A stretch of DNA of 60,499 nt, the filler included, from Basidiobolus ranarum (lineage: Eukaryota), in the NCBI GenBank assembly GCA_040143965.1. It is 13 parts of 13 records of this genome, joined end to end, with 100 filler letters (N's around TTAATTAATTAA, not from the genome) between each part and the next. Parts side by side here need not be neighbours in the genome. Positions count along the whole stretch, not along the records: positions 37,344 to 41,898 come from JASJQH010008792.1; positions 41,999 to 46,552 come from JASJQH010008793.1; positions 46,653 to 51,205 come from JASJQH010008794.1; 10 more parts are not named here. One strand, written 5' to 3'. Below the pieces are notes generated by a model. The model was not told where the DNA came from. It was given only the letters and a program-made list of their open reading frames with translations, and ran no database searches. Shown piece by piece: positions 39,901 through 51,000 of the stretch; position 1 is the first letter of the stretch, and every line of letters starts with the position of its first letter. The position numbers and the translations under genes were made by a program.

Positions 39901-40239
39901 GCTTGAAAGCCAATTTTGATTTAGATCTTGAATGCTTTTTGAATGGAATTGAAATTATCAGATGGTAAACTTGGTGTAAAGAAATTGCTTAGAAAAATCT
40001 TATAATAAGCTAAAATTGCCATCCATTACCAGAAATATCTTGTAAATCCACTGATGACTCATCTGTGACACCATCTCAGAATCACCTGTTGATATTGATG
40101 GGTTATACCTAAAATACCACCCTATGTTGGAGGTGTTCTTTTTTCTATAATATTCTTCTCATGCAGCAACAAAAATGTTTAAAGAAGCCCTGCTATTATT
40201 GTCACAAATTCTTGTGCCATGAAAGCAGGAGGCTTCATA

Positions 40240-41898
40240 GAAAAGATAATTACAAGTATGGTCACTGTACAAAGCAACCAGCTGCACAAAGCTTGGTGTA
40301 TAACAACATTAATCAGTGAACTAAATCAAATTTAGTTTTGCCCATTGAGTCCACTGACTGTACTTTGCCTCAAAGTTTTGGTAACACTGCCAAAAGTCAA
40401 GAACTGTGGAGTTACCACAGTTTTATGACCAGAATGATGTAGGTCAATGTGCAACTTTGGTCAAACCAGTAAGACCAGTCAACTTAGAGGACTTGCTGCT
40501 AGATGTTGACCTTAGTTATTCCAGTACCAATGGTGGTATATCAGAAGTTGAAGAAGATGATGGTTTTGTTACAGACTCTTTGTTATTGCAAACATTAGTC
40601 CACTCATAACACTTACTGTAAAGGAAGCAGCTTTGATTATTGAGGTGTGGATAGTCAGGCCAATCTTAGCAACCAGGTGTTTATTGATTCTCTTACAATT
40701 TTACCACAGTTGATTGGCAACTATTGCTTGCCACAGACCTGGTACATGTGGAAAATACTTGTCAATTTTTTGACTTATAATCCTTCAGTAATTAAACTAC
40801 CTTCATATCCAAATGGTTGTTTGGCTGTCACCAATGATCTCTAAACCCTAAAGTCATGCACTGCTTGAACACAATTGGCAATCACTGAATCAGGTAAATA
40901 TTGTTCATATTTGGCTTACAAACTACTTATTCCCTGCCTCAAAGTTTTGATGAAATCACCCAAATATAGCTCATTGATCCAATACCGAAGTACTCACCAA
41001 AAAGCTGATGGTATTACTGATGTATTTGATGGATATCACTACCAGAATCTGAAAAGTCAAGGTTTCTTTGAGAACACATATTTTCATGCATTTGCATTGG
41101 CTCTGGATGGTTTCTCACTAAATAAATATGTTATTGGAAAGGCTTGCTGGCCAATAATTTTAATCAACTTAAATTTTCCTCCTTCTGAATGATATAAGGG
41201 TCATAATATTTTGATACTATCCATCATATGTGGACCTAAATCACTAGTGCTTATAGATATCTTCCTGGAGCCTTTGATTGTAAAATTTGAATGGTTATAT
41301 AACAGGGTTCAGATGGGTGAATAGTTTATCAAAGCTAAAATCATTGTACATATTGGTGACACTCCTGCCATCAGTGAAGTTGGAGGTTATTGTGGGCACA
41401 ATGCACTATCTTGCTGTAGATTTTGTCAAATCAATGGAGTTCACTCTAACTGGCATAGGCATTACTACTATCCAAATACAATACTAAACTTCATAATTTT
41501 ACCATCAAGAGCCTGGTAAGATTTCAACACAATCACTGATATCAATCAACCAAATAGTCAGTCTAACATCAAATTTGGTATTAGTTGTAAGCCTGAGATT
41601 TTATTGCTAATGGGGATTAGCTGGAGTCAGAGCTTCCCATTAGGCACTATGCACTTACTATTCAACAACATTCCAATAATGCTTACTCAGCTATATAGTG
41701 GAAAATTAAATATGAGTGAGCCATTTGAGCTAGGATCAATGTTTAGATCAATTGGGAAAATGCTTGAAAACATCAAGATACCATTATATTTTACCAGCAC
41801 TCCCATCAATATCCACTCATCTAGGCATTTATTCAAATGCAAAGGCTGAAAGTATTGGACTTGTATATATTCAAGTGGAATCTGAAGAAAGATTTCTG
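40240..41898 (+). mobile_element. CACTA/En-Spm transposase relic (copy 2; Transposase_21-like)
   Basis: ITDVFDG, ALALDGF, CWPIILINLNFPPSE, GPKS...IDIFLEPL, IGDTPA...GHNALSCCRFC and SFPLGTMHLLF. Terminal inverted repeats were not identified. Confidence 0.85.
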
Positions 41899-42468
41899 NN
41901 NNNNNNNNNNNNNNNNNNNNNNNNNNNNNNNNNNNNNNNNNNTTAATTAATTAANNNNNNNNNNNNNNNNNNNNNNNNNNNNNNNNNNNNNNNNNNNNCC
42001 ATATGAGTTAAAACGGTGAAGATCGGATTGGTCTACCACTACAGTACCACCATGATGGTGAAATAACCCAGGGCGAAATGAATTCTCAAGCTTATGAGTC
42101 GAGTTGAAGATGAGTTGATATTGGTTGGGTTTAGAGCGGTAATTATGCCTTTTCATGACGATCTTCCATGAAATAGCTTCAAATATTGCAAGGAACGGAC
42201 CAAACGAATGCCCGGGATCACATGAGAAGTTAGTGTTGTACAGTAAATAATGATTTATGAACGTTCATACAAATACTGCCTAACAGGTACCCGACCTGGG
42301 TTTCATCACAGTAGGATGATTCATGAGATTTTTTAAATGTTGTTATTTGAGTGTTACCATTTATTAGAATCCAGGTAGTGAAGTAGATGGCTCACTAATA
42401 TCTAGGTTAGCTACGCAATAGATTCGTGGCTTGGAAACATTAAAAACTCGACCTTTCCTCGCCAGGGG

Positions 42469-43044
42469 ATGGATTTTTCAATTTTTCCTGTTTCTCTCAC
42501 TGCCAAAATGGCGATGTGGATGATTGCTATGGTCGCTTCACTTCGCACAATTCTTATCGTTTGTTTGTTTACGATGTCCAGTGTTGCTCGTGCCGACCGC
42601 AATACTACTCAAACGGACTTGGTCGAATCTAAGAGCCCATCCTACATTGCTGTATTAATCATCTCCGGGATAGTGTTTTTAGTGGCATTCTTCGTTACTA
42701 TATGGCTAATAATAAGACTTCTTAGACGCCGTCGTATCAAGCGGCAGCAATCGAAGCATGTCAGTGATTTATTAAGAACATTTCTTGATAATTCTGCCAA
42801 TAGCAATCCTGATGCTGTATGTAGTGGTAACGAGTTGGCTCCTCCTTATACCCCAGCTAATCCACGCACCGCATTGCCTGATACTATTGTTAACACCATA
42901 TCGGAGGTAATATGCCAAAAGTATTTGCAACAAACTGAAGCAGTTCAGGCTGGAAATACCAATGAAATCTCCACTAGAAATATTCCATCAATGGTACGGA
43001 CGTACTCTCTTCCACCGTACGATCAACTAACTCGACAAATGTAA
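42469..43044 (+). CDS. Predicted single-pass membrane protein with cytosolic PY-like motifs
   Basis: Hydrophobic N-terminus, TM helix IAVLIISGIVFLVAFFVTIWLII, basic stop-transfer RRRRIKR, and a tail with APPY and LPPY. The start codon is uncertain. Confidence 0.6.
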   Translation: MDFSIFPVSLTAKMAMWMIAMVASLRTILIVCLFTMSSVARADRNTTQTDLVESKSPSYIAVLIISGIVFLVAFFVTIWLIIRLLRRRRIKRQQSKHVSDLLRTFLDNSANSNPDAVCSGNELAPPYTPANPRTALPDTIVNTISEVICQKYLQQTEAVQAGNTNEISTRNIPSMVRTYSLPPYDQLTRQM

Positions 43045-44317
43045 GATATACTGGACACCAGAGATATATTCCCTTAAACATGCACCATAAAACAGGGTTG
43101 TCATTTGATCAACGTTATTGGTGAGCCCGTATATTGTATAAATACCGACCATGTAGAAATATAAGCCTTCCCTAATTAAAGTAACGGTTATACCACTTAT
43201 TAGAATTAGTCCCCCGTTTCATGTATATCCATTTATATGTACAGATATTCTATCAGCTGAGTAGGTATTTTCTTTGGCCGTGAAATTGGAACTCTACAGT
43301 TGTGCAGCCTTATGTATACACATAAATGGATGTTCTATATTCCTCGTTAAGCTATATACACTGTGCACTGTAAAGTTTCGAGATGCTGGATTAGAGTTCA
43401 ATAATCTTTGCTGGGTTTCCTTTTTTTCTCACGATAATCAGATATCGCTACCGAGAGATATGGATGAATGGGCCGACACATCAATTAGATAAGGGAGGTC
43501 CATTAGTTTTGCCGAAACATGGGAATGGGTTAGGGTTAAAGCTAGACTATTTATCAACTGTAAAACGAGTCATTCCAGAGCGTATATTGACTTGGATTTA
43601 TTTCCCGTTCACATATATGCTATTAGGATGTATGTTATATGTCTCAATCAAACCTCTCACGAATCAATGGAAGTGGGCGTTGCTAAATAATGCCAAAATA
43701 TAGTCTGTCGGGTCACAAAGTCTGCAACGTTTTACTGAAACGAGTTGAAAAGCAGTTTCAACAAGTAATTCTATCCAAAAGATAATTGGTGGAAATTCGA
43801 CAGCCTTAGCCCAAAAGATAGTGGGGAATAGCATATCACTTTAAAAATAGTCTTTCCAGCTGATCAAGTAGCTTTAAATTGAATCATGCAAATGAAGCGT
43901 CGTTTACGATCAATTATGCAGAAGGTTGCATTAAATAGAAGGGGCGGAATTTCATGGTTCGTTTCAGAATCACCACTGTATGTATTAGTAAAGATTCCTA
44001 GAAATGATGGTGAATATATGGTTTATACTTAATAGTTGTCCATGTATTTCGATAGATATTTAGAAAACTATCATTGAAATGTACTAACCAAGCCTTGTTC
44101 ATCGGAAAAATATCGCCACCTCCTTTCCAAAGTGAATGTGTGACTACTAATAATTGTGACTGAGTTTTTTGGAGTCGCGATACGGCCTGGAAAGTATTGT
44201 AAGTGAGAGAATCCTAACCACGCGTGCGTCAGTTTTCTACTAAGAAACTAGCAAAAGACCCAAGAAGAAGAATATAACAAGTGTGGACTTCTTCCTTCGG
44301 GCTTAGTCATACCAAGG

Positions 44318-46460
44318 ATGGGTTCAGTGGGCTTGAAAAACACTATAGCTCATCTGAACCGATTCTCTTGTCATTCAGAAAATTCTCAGCTCTCTATGTC
44401 TATGGAGAACCAAATCTTTGAGAAGTCACTATTCCATGTTAATCTCTATCCACTCAAAACCATACAAACTCAACTAACGGCTCATTTTATTTTCACTCTT
44501 TCTTAGAAGAAATTCCCCACTTGCACTTACACCATCTAAGAAGAAGGTAAATATTTATTTCAGAGTCACTTGTTTCCTTAGAATGAATATAAATCAGCTT
44601 ACTTTCTGTGTAGTTATGGAAGTATAATGTACCCCCTGAACTTATTGAAAAGCTAAACGAATCGGAAATCAAAAGACAAGAAGTGATAAATGAGACTATA
44701 AATACAGAAGAAGAATACCTGAAAGATTTGAAGCTACTAGACACGGTATGTACTTCAATTTCGAAAGAAGAGAACTGTACCAAGCTGACCCATGCTATTC
44801 AAGTTATTCATTGCACCTCTCCAAGAATCTGAGATCATTAGTCCAGAGCGACAGAAGGAGTTTATAACACGTGTATTTCAAAATTATCAAGAACTTCAAA
44901 CACTCCACGTATGGCTTTTGAATTGTTTAAAAGAAAAACGAGTTAAAGGACCGGTGATTGATACCATTGGAGATGTATTTTCACAATTTATTGATCAATT
45001 AGAACCTTATGTACGCTATGGAGTTGGTTTAGAGTTAGCACAGAAAAGTTTTGAGAATGAAGCTATACAAAATACCGCGTTTTCAGATTTCTTGGAGGTA
45101 ATATTGGGATTTGAATCACGTTCATCATTTCATGGTTGCTCTTTATCTTCACTCACTAAAGACATATGGAATTCGTAGGTTTGTGTACGGCATCCTGATG
45201 CCAGGAGATTAACGTTACAAAGCTTCCTAAGTAGACCAACATCTAGATTGGGCAGATACGTCTTGCTATTGGAGAACTTGTTGAAATACACACCGAAAGA
45301 TCACCGAGATGCTTCCTTGTTGGAAAAATCGATCATGGGGATCAAAAAGGTCATGACCCTTATGAACGATGAAGCTGGTAAAGTAAGCAACTCGTTAAGG
45401 CTTCAAGAACTCGACGAGCAAATTCTATTCAAGGATGGTATACACCGGGTACTCTATTTTACTTTAATGAATCATTTTAAAAGCAACCATTCAGAAGTGA
45501 TTGAATGGGGTTTCTACCGAGCAGAGAAAGAGGCTTATAACAAAAAGTTGAATTGAAACTCATTTTAAAAGTTTTAGAATTTATGTTTAGGCGAGACGAA
45601 TAGACAATTGATTAGAGATGGATCTTTCAGGAGGAAACATTCAGGCTTCCCGTTGAAGCTTTTCTTGTTTGACCATGTACTCTTACTTACTAAAGAAAAG
45701 CAGGGAAATGATTCTGTAGAATATCATGCTTTGTGCAAGGTCATTCCTTTGATTTTATGTGGTGTTCGGAAACAACTGGCTAACTGTAAAATTAGCCGAT
45801 TCCTTTAGAGCTAATTACTTTTGAGTCGGAGATTCCAACTACCCCTCAAGATATCGAACAAAATAAATCTGGCTTTCCATTCACATTTACTTCCCTCAGT
45901 AAGCCTGGAGGGAAGTACACTCTATACGCTTCATCTCCGGCAGAAAGGAAGCAATGGGTCAACAAGATAAAGGAACAAAAAGTCAAGAGAAATTCCGAGA
46001 GGATCACTATATTCGACACCATTACCACATCGAATATAGCGTTTGATATGAACTGTCAGGTCAACTGTGCTACCACCTATGGTTTGTATTTGATATATAC
46101 TGAACATATACAGCATATCATCTTCCTAATGCTTACTCCAGTCAGCCACGATAATAGAAAGAAGCTAGTCATTGGCACAGATATTGGAATCTACATTGGA
46201 TTTGAAGATGATCCATGTAGCTTTAAGAAGACTCATGAGCTGGAGCGCGTTAGGCAGATCTGTTTTCTAACCGAGTTCAATATGGTCTTGGTATTACAAG
46301 GTGAATCAGTGGAAACTATGGAATATCCTGACATATGGCTCTGCTAACCAATGCAATTGCTCCAGATAAGCTTCTTGTAGTATATTCTCTTGACGCATTT
46401 GACTTTCCTAACTCTCCAGCAAACAGACACAGTCAGAAGCTGGCTTCCCACGTGTCATAT
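44318..46460 (+). CDS. Rho guanine nucleotide exchange factor, Rom1/Rom2-like (DH-PH-CNH), multi-exon, truncated in CNH
   Basis: DH: EIKRQEVINETINTEEEYLKDL, RRLTLQSFLSRP-x-x-RLGRY-x-LLL, KYTPKDH. PH: LFLFDHVLLLTK, YTLYASSPAERKQW. CNH: VNCA...LVIGTDIGIY. The start position is uncertain. Confidence 0.88.
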
Positions 46461-46552
46461 ATATACCATTGGAAAGGCTTGCTTACCAATAATTTTAATT
46501 GACCTAAATCTTCCTCCTTCTGAATGGCACAAGAGTCATAATATTTTGATAT
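46461..46552 (+). mobile_element. Internal CACTA transposase fragment abutting the RhoGEF exon
   Basis: ATTGGAAAGGCTTGC...CCAATAATTTTAAT...CCTCCTTCTGAATG matches about 41130-41218. Confidence 0.8.
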
Positions 46553-47637
46553 NNNNNNNNNNNNNNNNNNNNNNNNNNNNNNNNNNNNNNNNNNNNTTAA
46601 TTAATTAANNNNNNNNNNNNNNNNNNNNNNNNNNNNNNNNNNNNNNNNNNNNATTACAACTGTGGCCTTACCTACTGCATCCAGTGCAAAGTCATCACCT
46701 AAGTAGACTTTCATTGTTTTGATAGGTTTTAAGTTGGAAAGCCAATCTTTCCTGTTTGACATGTGTTAGGAAGCTCCTGAATCAATGTACCACCTTTCTG
46801 AGTCTTCTTAAGTGGTTACTGATAGGGCAGACACAAATAGCTGAGTGCTTACTTAAGTTGCTTGTTCCAATTTTAGCTTTTTGGCAAAAATCCTTTTTCC
46901 ACAATCTTTGATTGAATTGCATGCTTTCTTGCAATACTTGCAGATGATTAATTTCCTAATTGGGGCCCCATTATCAAAGCCTGTTGGATGTTTTACAGCT
47001 CCAAAAAATGCCTGTTCTGGATTATTTTGCTGCCATTTATATCTCCTTAATTCTTTATTCATAAGCCCAGCACCAACATATTCCATTGTTAAAGGCTCTG
47101 ATCTTGATTCTTTGGCAATTATGAGGTTCCTAAACTTGTCTGGCAGGCTCCCAAGTAGTGTCATGACAAAGTCATCTTCTTGTAAAGGTGCTCTAATGGA
47201 TGAGAGCTGATCTGCCATAGTTTTATCTGATTTTTTAGGATTAATCAAAGGGTCATCTGGATTCATCTGAATTGTGAACAATTTTTGCCTAAGATATAGC
47301 CTATTAGCCAGATCTTTAGTCTCATAGAGTTCCTCAAGCGTTTCCCAAGCATTTTGGATGTTTTTAGCAGACTGTATGTGCCTCAATTGAGGATCACTGA
47401 GATATAGAGAAAAGTGTAGAGAGTGCTTTCCTCTGCTTCTTGTGAAAGGCAAGGATAGCTTCTGGTGGTCCCTTTAGCTCTATTTTTTCGGCTATAACAA
47501 ATCCAGAAAGGTCCTTGTCTTCTAGCACCATTTGCATCTTGAACTTCCAAAGGTGAAGGTCTCCACCATCAAACTTCTCTGTGGATGCAAAAACGTTGGT
47601 AATAGTACAAGTAGACATTCCTTTAGCAGCTAGCTTG

Positions 47638-47649
47638 GGGCTCATAACC
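47638..47649 (-). promoter_or_regulatory. Primer-binding site complementary to the anticodon arm of initiator tRNA-Met
   Basis: GGTTATGAGCCC directly after the LTR terminal CA. It is the complement of GGGCUCAUAACC of fungal tRNAiMet, as in Ty5/copia. Confidence 0.9.
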
Positions 47650-48000
47650 TGATAAAAGTGCTTAGAAGATTTGAAAGTGTTTTGGACAAGATTTGGATTT
47701 GTGAATTAGACACTTATGTTTTATTGAATTGTATATGTTCTGTTAATAGTTTACTATGAAATAGGACTATTAGATATGCTTAGATCATACTAAACATGCC
47801 TGTTAAGCATGGGTGAAAATTTGAGATGATTTGGAGAAGTTTTGAGAAAATAGTGAAAATTGTTAAAAGTGGTCTCTTTATATTTCTATCAATTAGAGCA
47901 ATAAACACATGTTTTTGAATGACAGAATTGAATACTAAATAATCAGAATATGAATAAGCTAACTATTAAATAATTAGTAGCTATTTCCCTAATTTCAACA
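47650..48000 (-). repeat. LTR, Copia family B (351 bp)
   Basis: TGTTGAAATTAGG...TTTTATCA on the minus strand, bounded by the PPT and PBS. Confidence 0.9.
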
Positions 48001-51000
48001 TGCCCACTCAACTAATTATCTTGTAATTCTGTTAAACCTAACTTACATCTGAATGATTCAAATTGTGCTTTATCTAAAGGTTTGGTTAAGATATCAGCTA
48101 TCATTTCTTCAGTATGGCAATAGACAAGTTCAATTATATCATTCTCTATTGCTTCTCTAACAAAGTGATGCCTAATCGCTATATGTTCTGTCCTAGTATG
48201 AAATGTAGGATTTTTAGCTAATGAAATACAACTTGGATTATCTTCAAATACAGTAATAGCATGCTATTGCATGTTTCCTCAGTCTTTAAATAACTTCCTT
48301 AATCACATAGCTTCTTGTGTAGCAGCAGAGGCAGCCAGATACTCAGCTTCTGTAGTGGAAAGTGCTATGATTGGTTGCTTCATACTATTCCAAGTTATGG
48401 CTCCATTACCATAGAGAAAAGTGTATCCAGTTGTAGATGTCCTATCATCAAGGTTTCTTCCCCAGTCTGCAGCACTGTAGCCTTCAAAATATTGTGCATC
48501 AGGAGTGGCAGAGTATTTCACAACTAGATCTACAGATTCTCTCAAAACCTGAATATTTGTTTTACTGCCGTTTTGTGCTCAGTTCCTGGATTTTTGAGAT
48601 ATTGGCTGACAGTTGCCATTGCCACTGCAATGTCTAGACATGTTCCAACCATTGAGTGTATGTCTCTTGATTTGGATTCCAAAAAAATAACTTAATTCAC
48701 CCATATCAGGCATCTGAAATTGGTTTGATAAGCTGCTTTTTTTTGATTAAGTGCTTGTAGATCATTTGTGGCTATTATTAGGTCATTCACATATAGTGCC
48801 AAGATAAGAATCCTATTTACAGTATTTTTGATGTAAATTCAGTGATCTGCTGTGCATTTTTGGAATTCCAGAGATTCCAAATAGGCATCTATCTAGTTGT
48901 ACCACACCCTGGGTGCTTGCTGAAGTCCATAGAGTGATTTTGCAGTTTACAGAGTATATTGGGATGTTTTGGGTCAACAAATCTGCCTGGTTGCTCCATA
49001 TAGCTCTCTTCTTCTAGGTTTCCATTCAGAAAGGTTGTTTTTACATCCATTAGATGTAGATCAAGGTTGTAGATGGCTGAGAGTGCCAGGATTGATCTGA
49101 TGGAGCTAAACCTAGCAACTGGAGCAAAAGTTTCATTAAAATCAACTCCTGGGGTCTGGGAATAGCCTTTTGCAACTAATCTTGCTTTTTACCTTTCTAT
49201 GGTTCTGTCATCATGGTTTTTGACTTTGTGAACCCATTGGCAACCTATTGGCTTTCTCTCTGATGGAAGAGGACTTAAACCCACATTTTATTGTCTTGAA
49301 GTCAAGAAAACTCATCTGACATTGCTTTTTCCCATAATTTTGATTCTGAACACTCCAAAGCTTTTATCCAGAGTCTTTGGCTCTTCACAGAATGATGCAT
49401 AAGCATATACATCATCATTGAAGGTGTTCCACCAGTTTCCTGGCTTATTTCTCCTTCTGGATGATCTTCTGGGTCCTGAATCATCTTTTGATGTAATTGG
49501 GACTGGAGTGTTTGTTGAATAGGGCTCAGATACAGCTGGGATTTTGTCAGACACTTCCTGAATAGTGCTGATTGTGTTTTCTGGATCAAGCAATTGATTT
49601 GAGGTGAAAAATTTGGTTTATCAAATAAAAACCACATCTCTGCACTTAATTAACTTCTGATGTTTGGTATCAAAAGTCTGTAGGTCTCGGATCCATCACC
49701 ATAACCAAGAAATATGCATTTTCTGCTTTTGGGTTCCAATTTTGAGTGTTTTTGAGCTGGAATTAGGCAGTATGCTGTGCAACCAAAGATCCTGAGATGA
49801 TCCACACTTGGTTTTGATCCATATAGAGCTTCAAATGGAGTAGAATTTTGTAGTAATCTTGTTAGGCATCTGTTTTTGATATAGACTGCAGTGGAGACAG
49901 ATTCAGCCCAATATTGGAAATCTAACTTTTGATCATGTAACACTGATCTTGCCATGTCCACTATGGTCCTGTTAGCACATTCTGCAACTTCATTTTGCTG
50001 TGGAGTATAAGGTACAGTAGTTTGTTGCTTAATTCCATGTTTGGGGTACAAACTAGCAAAGTCTTTAGAGCAGTATTCTCCACCATTATCACCCCTTAGT
50101 ACCCTTATTTTTTGTGCTAATTCTTTCTCTACCATTGCTTTGTAGTGCTTGAACGTAGCTAAGGCTTCAGATTTTGATTTGGGAAAGAGTACCTAAGTAT
50201 ATCTTGCTTTGACATCAATAAAGGTCATAAAGTACCTTTTCCCTCCCAGTGAGACGTTTTTCATGGGCCAACATAGGTCAGAATGAATCAGGGAAAAACT
50301 CTGCGTGGATTTGATCTCTCCAGAGCTTGAAAATGGCTGTCTGTGAAATTTTCCATATATGCAACCTTCACCAGATCCAATTTGGTGATATTTCCAATTT
50401 CCAAGCCTGAAACAAGCTGATTTTGGATCATTTGGGTCAGTGTTTTGTTCCCCAATATGGCCTATTCTTCTATGCCATGGTTGTCAGCTTATTTCCCAGT
50501 TTGGGCCAAATTTGCATGCTCAGAATGCAATATGTTGGTTTCTAGCTTGTACAAGTTTTGGTTTTGATCCCAGTAGCTAATTTGGTATTATTCTGATCTG
50601 TGATAGTGCATCCAGCCTTACTGAACACAAAATTTAACCCTTGAGTTGTTGTTGGCTAGCTGAGAGTAGATCCTTGGCTATATTTGGGACATAGAGTACA
50701 TCATCTAATTTTGCAGATGGTGTAGCTAAATATTGGTCTGAATTGAGCACAACTGTTCCCTTACCATCTGCATCAAGTGCAAAGTCATCACCTTAGTAGA
50801 CTTCCTTGTTTGGATTGGTTTTAAGCTGAAAACCCATTTTTACTGTTTGACATATGCTGGGAAGCTCCCAAATCAATGTACCATGTATCTGAGTCCTCTT
50901 TGGTGGTTACTGATAGGGCAGATGCAAACAGATGATTTCTATCAGTGCATACTTGATTTGCTTGTTCCGATTTTAGCTTTTCAGCACAAATCCTTTTTCT

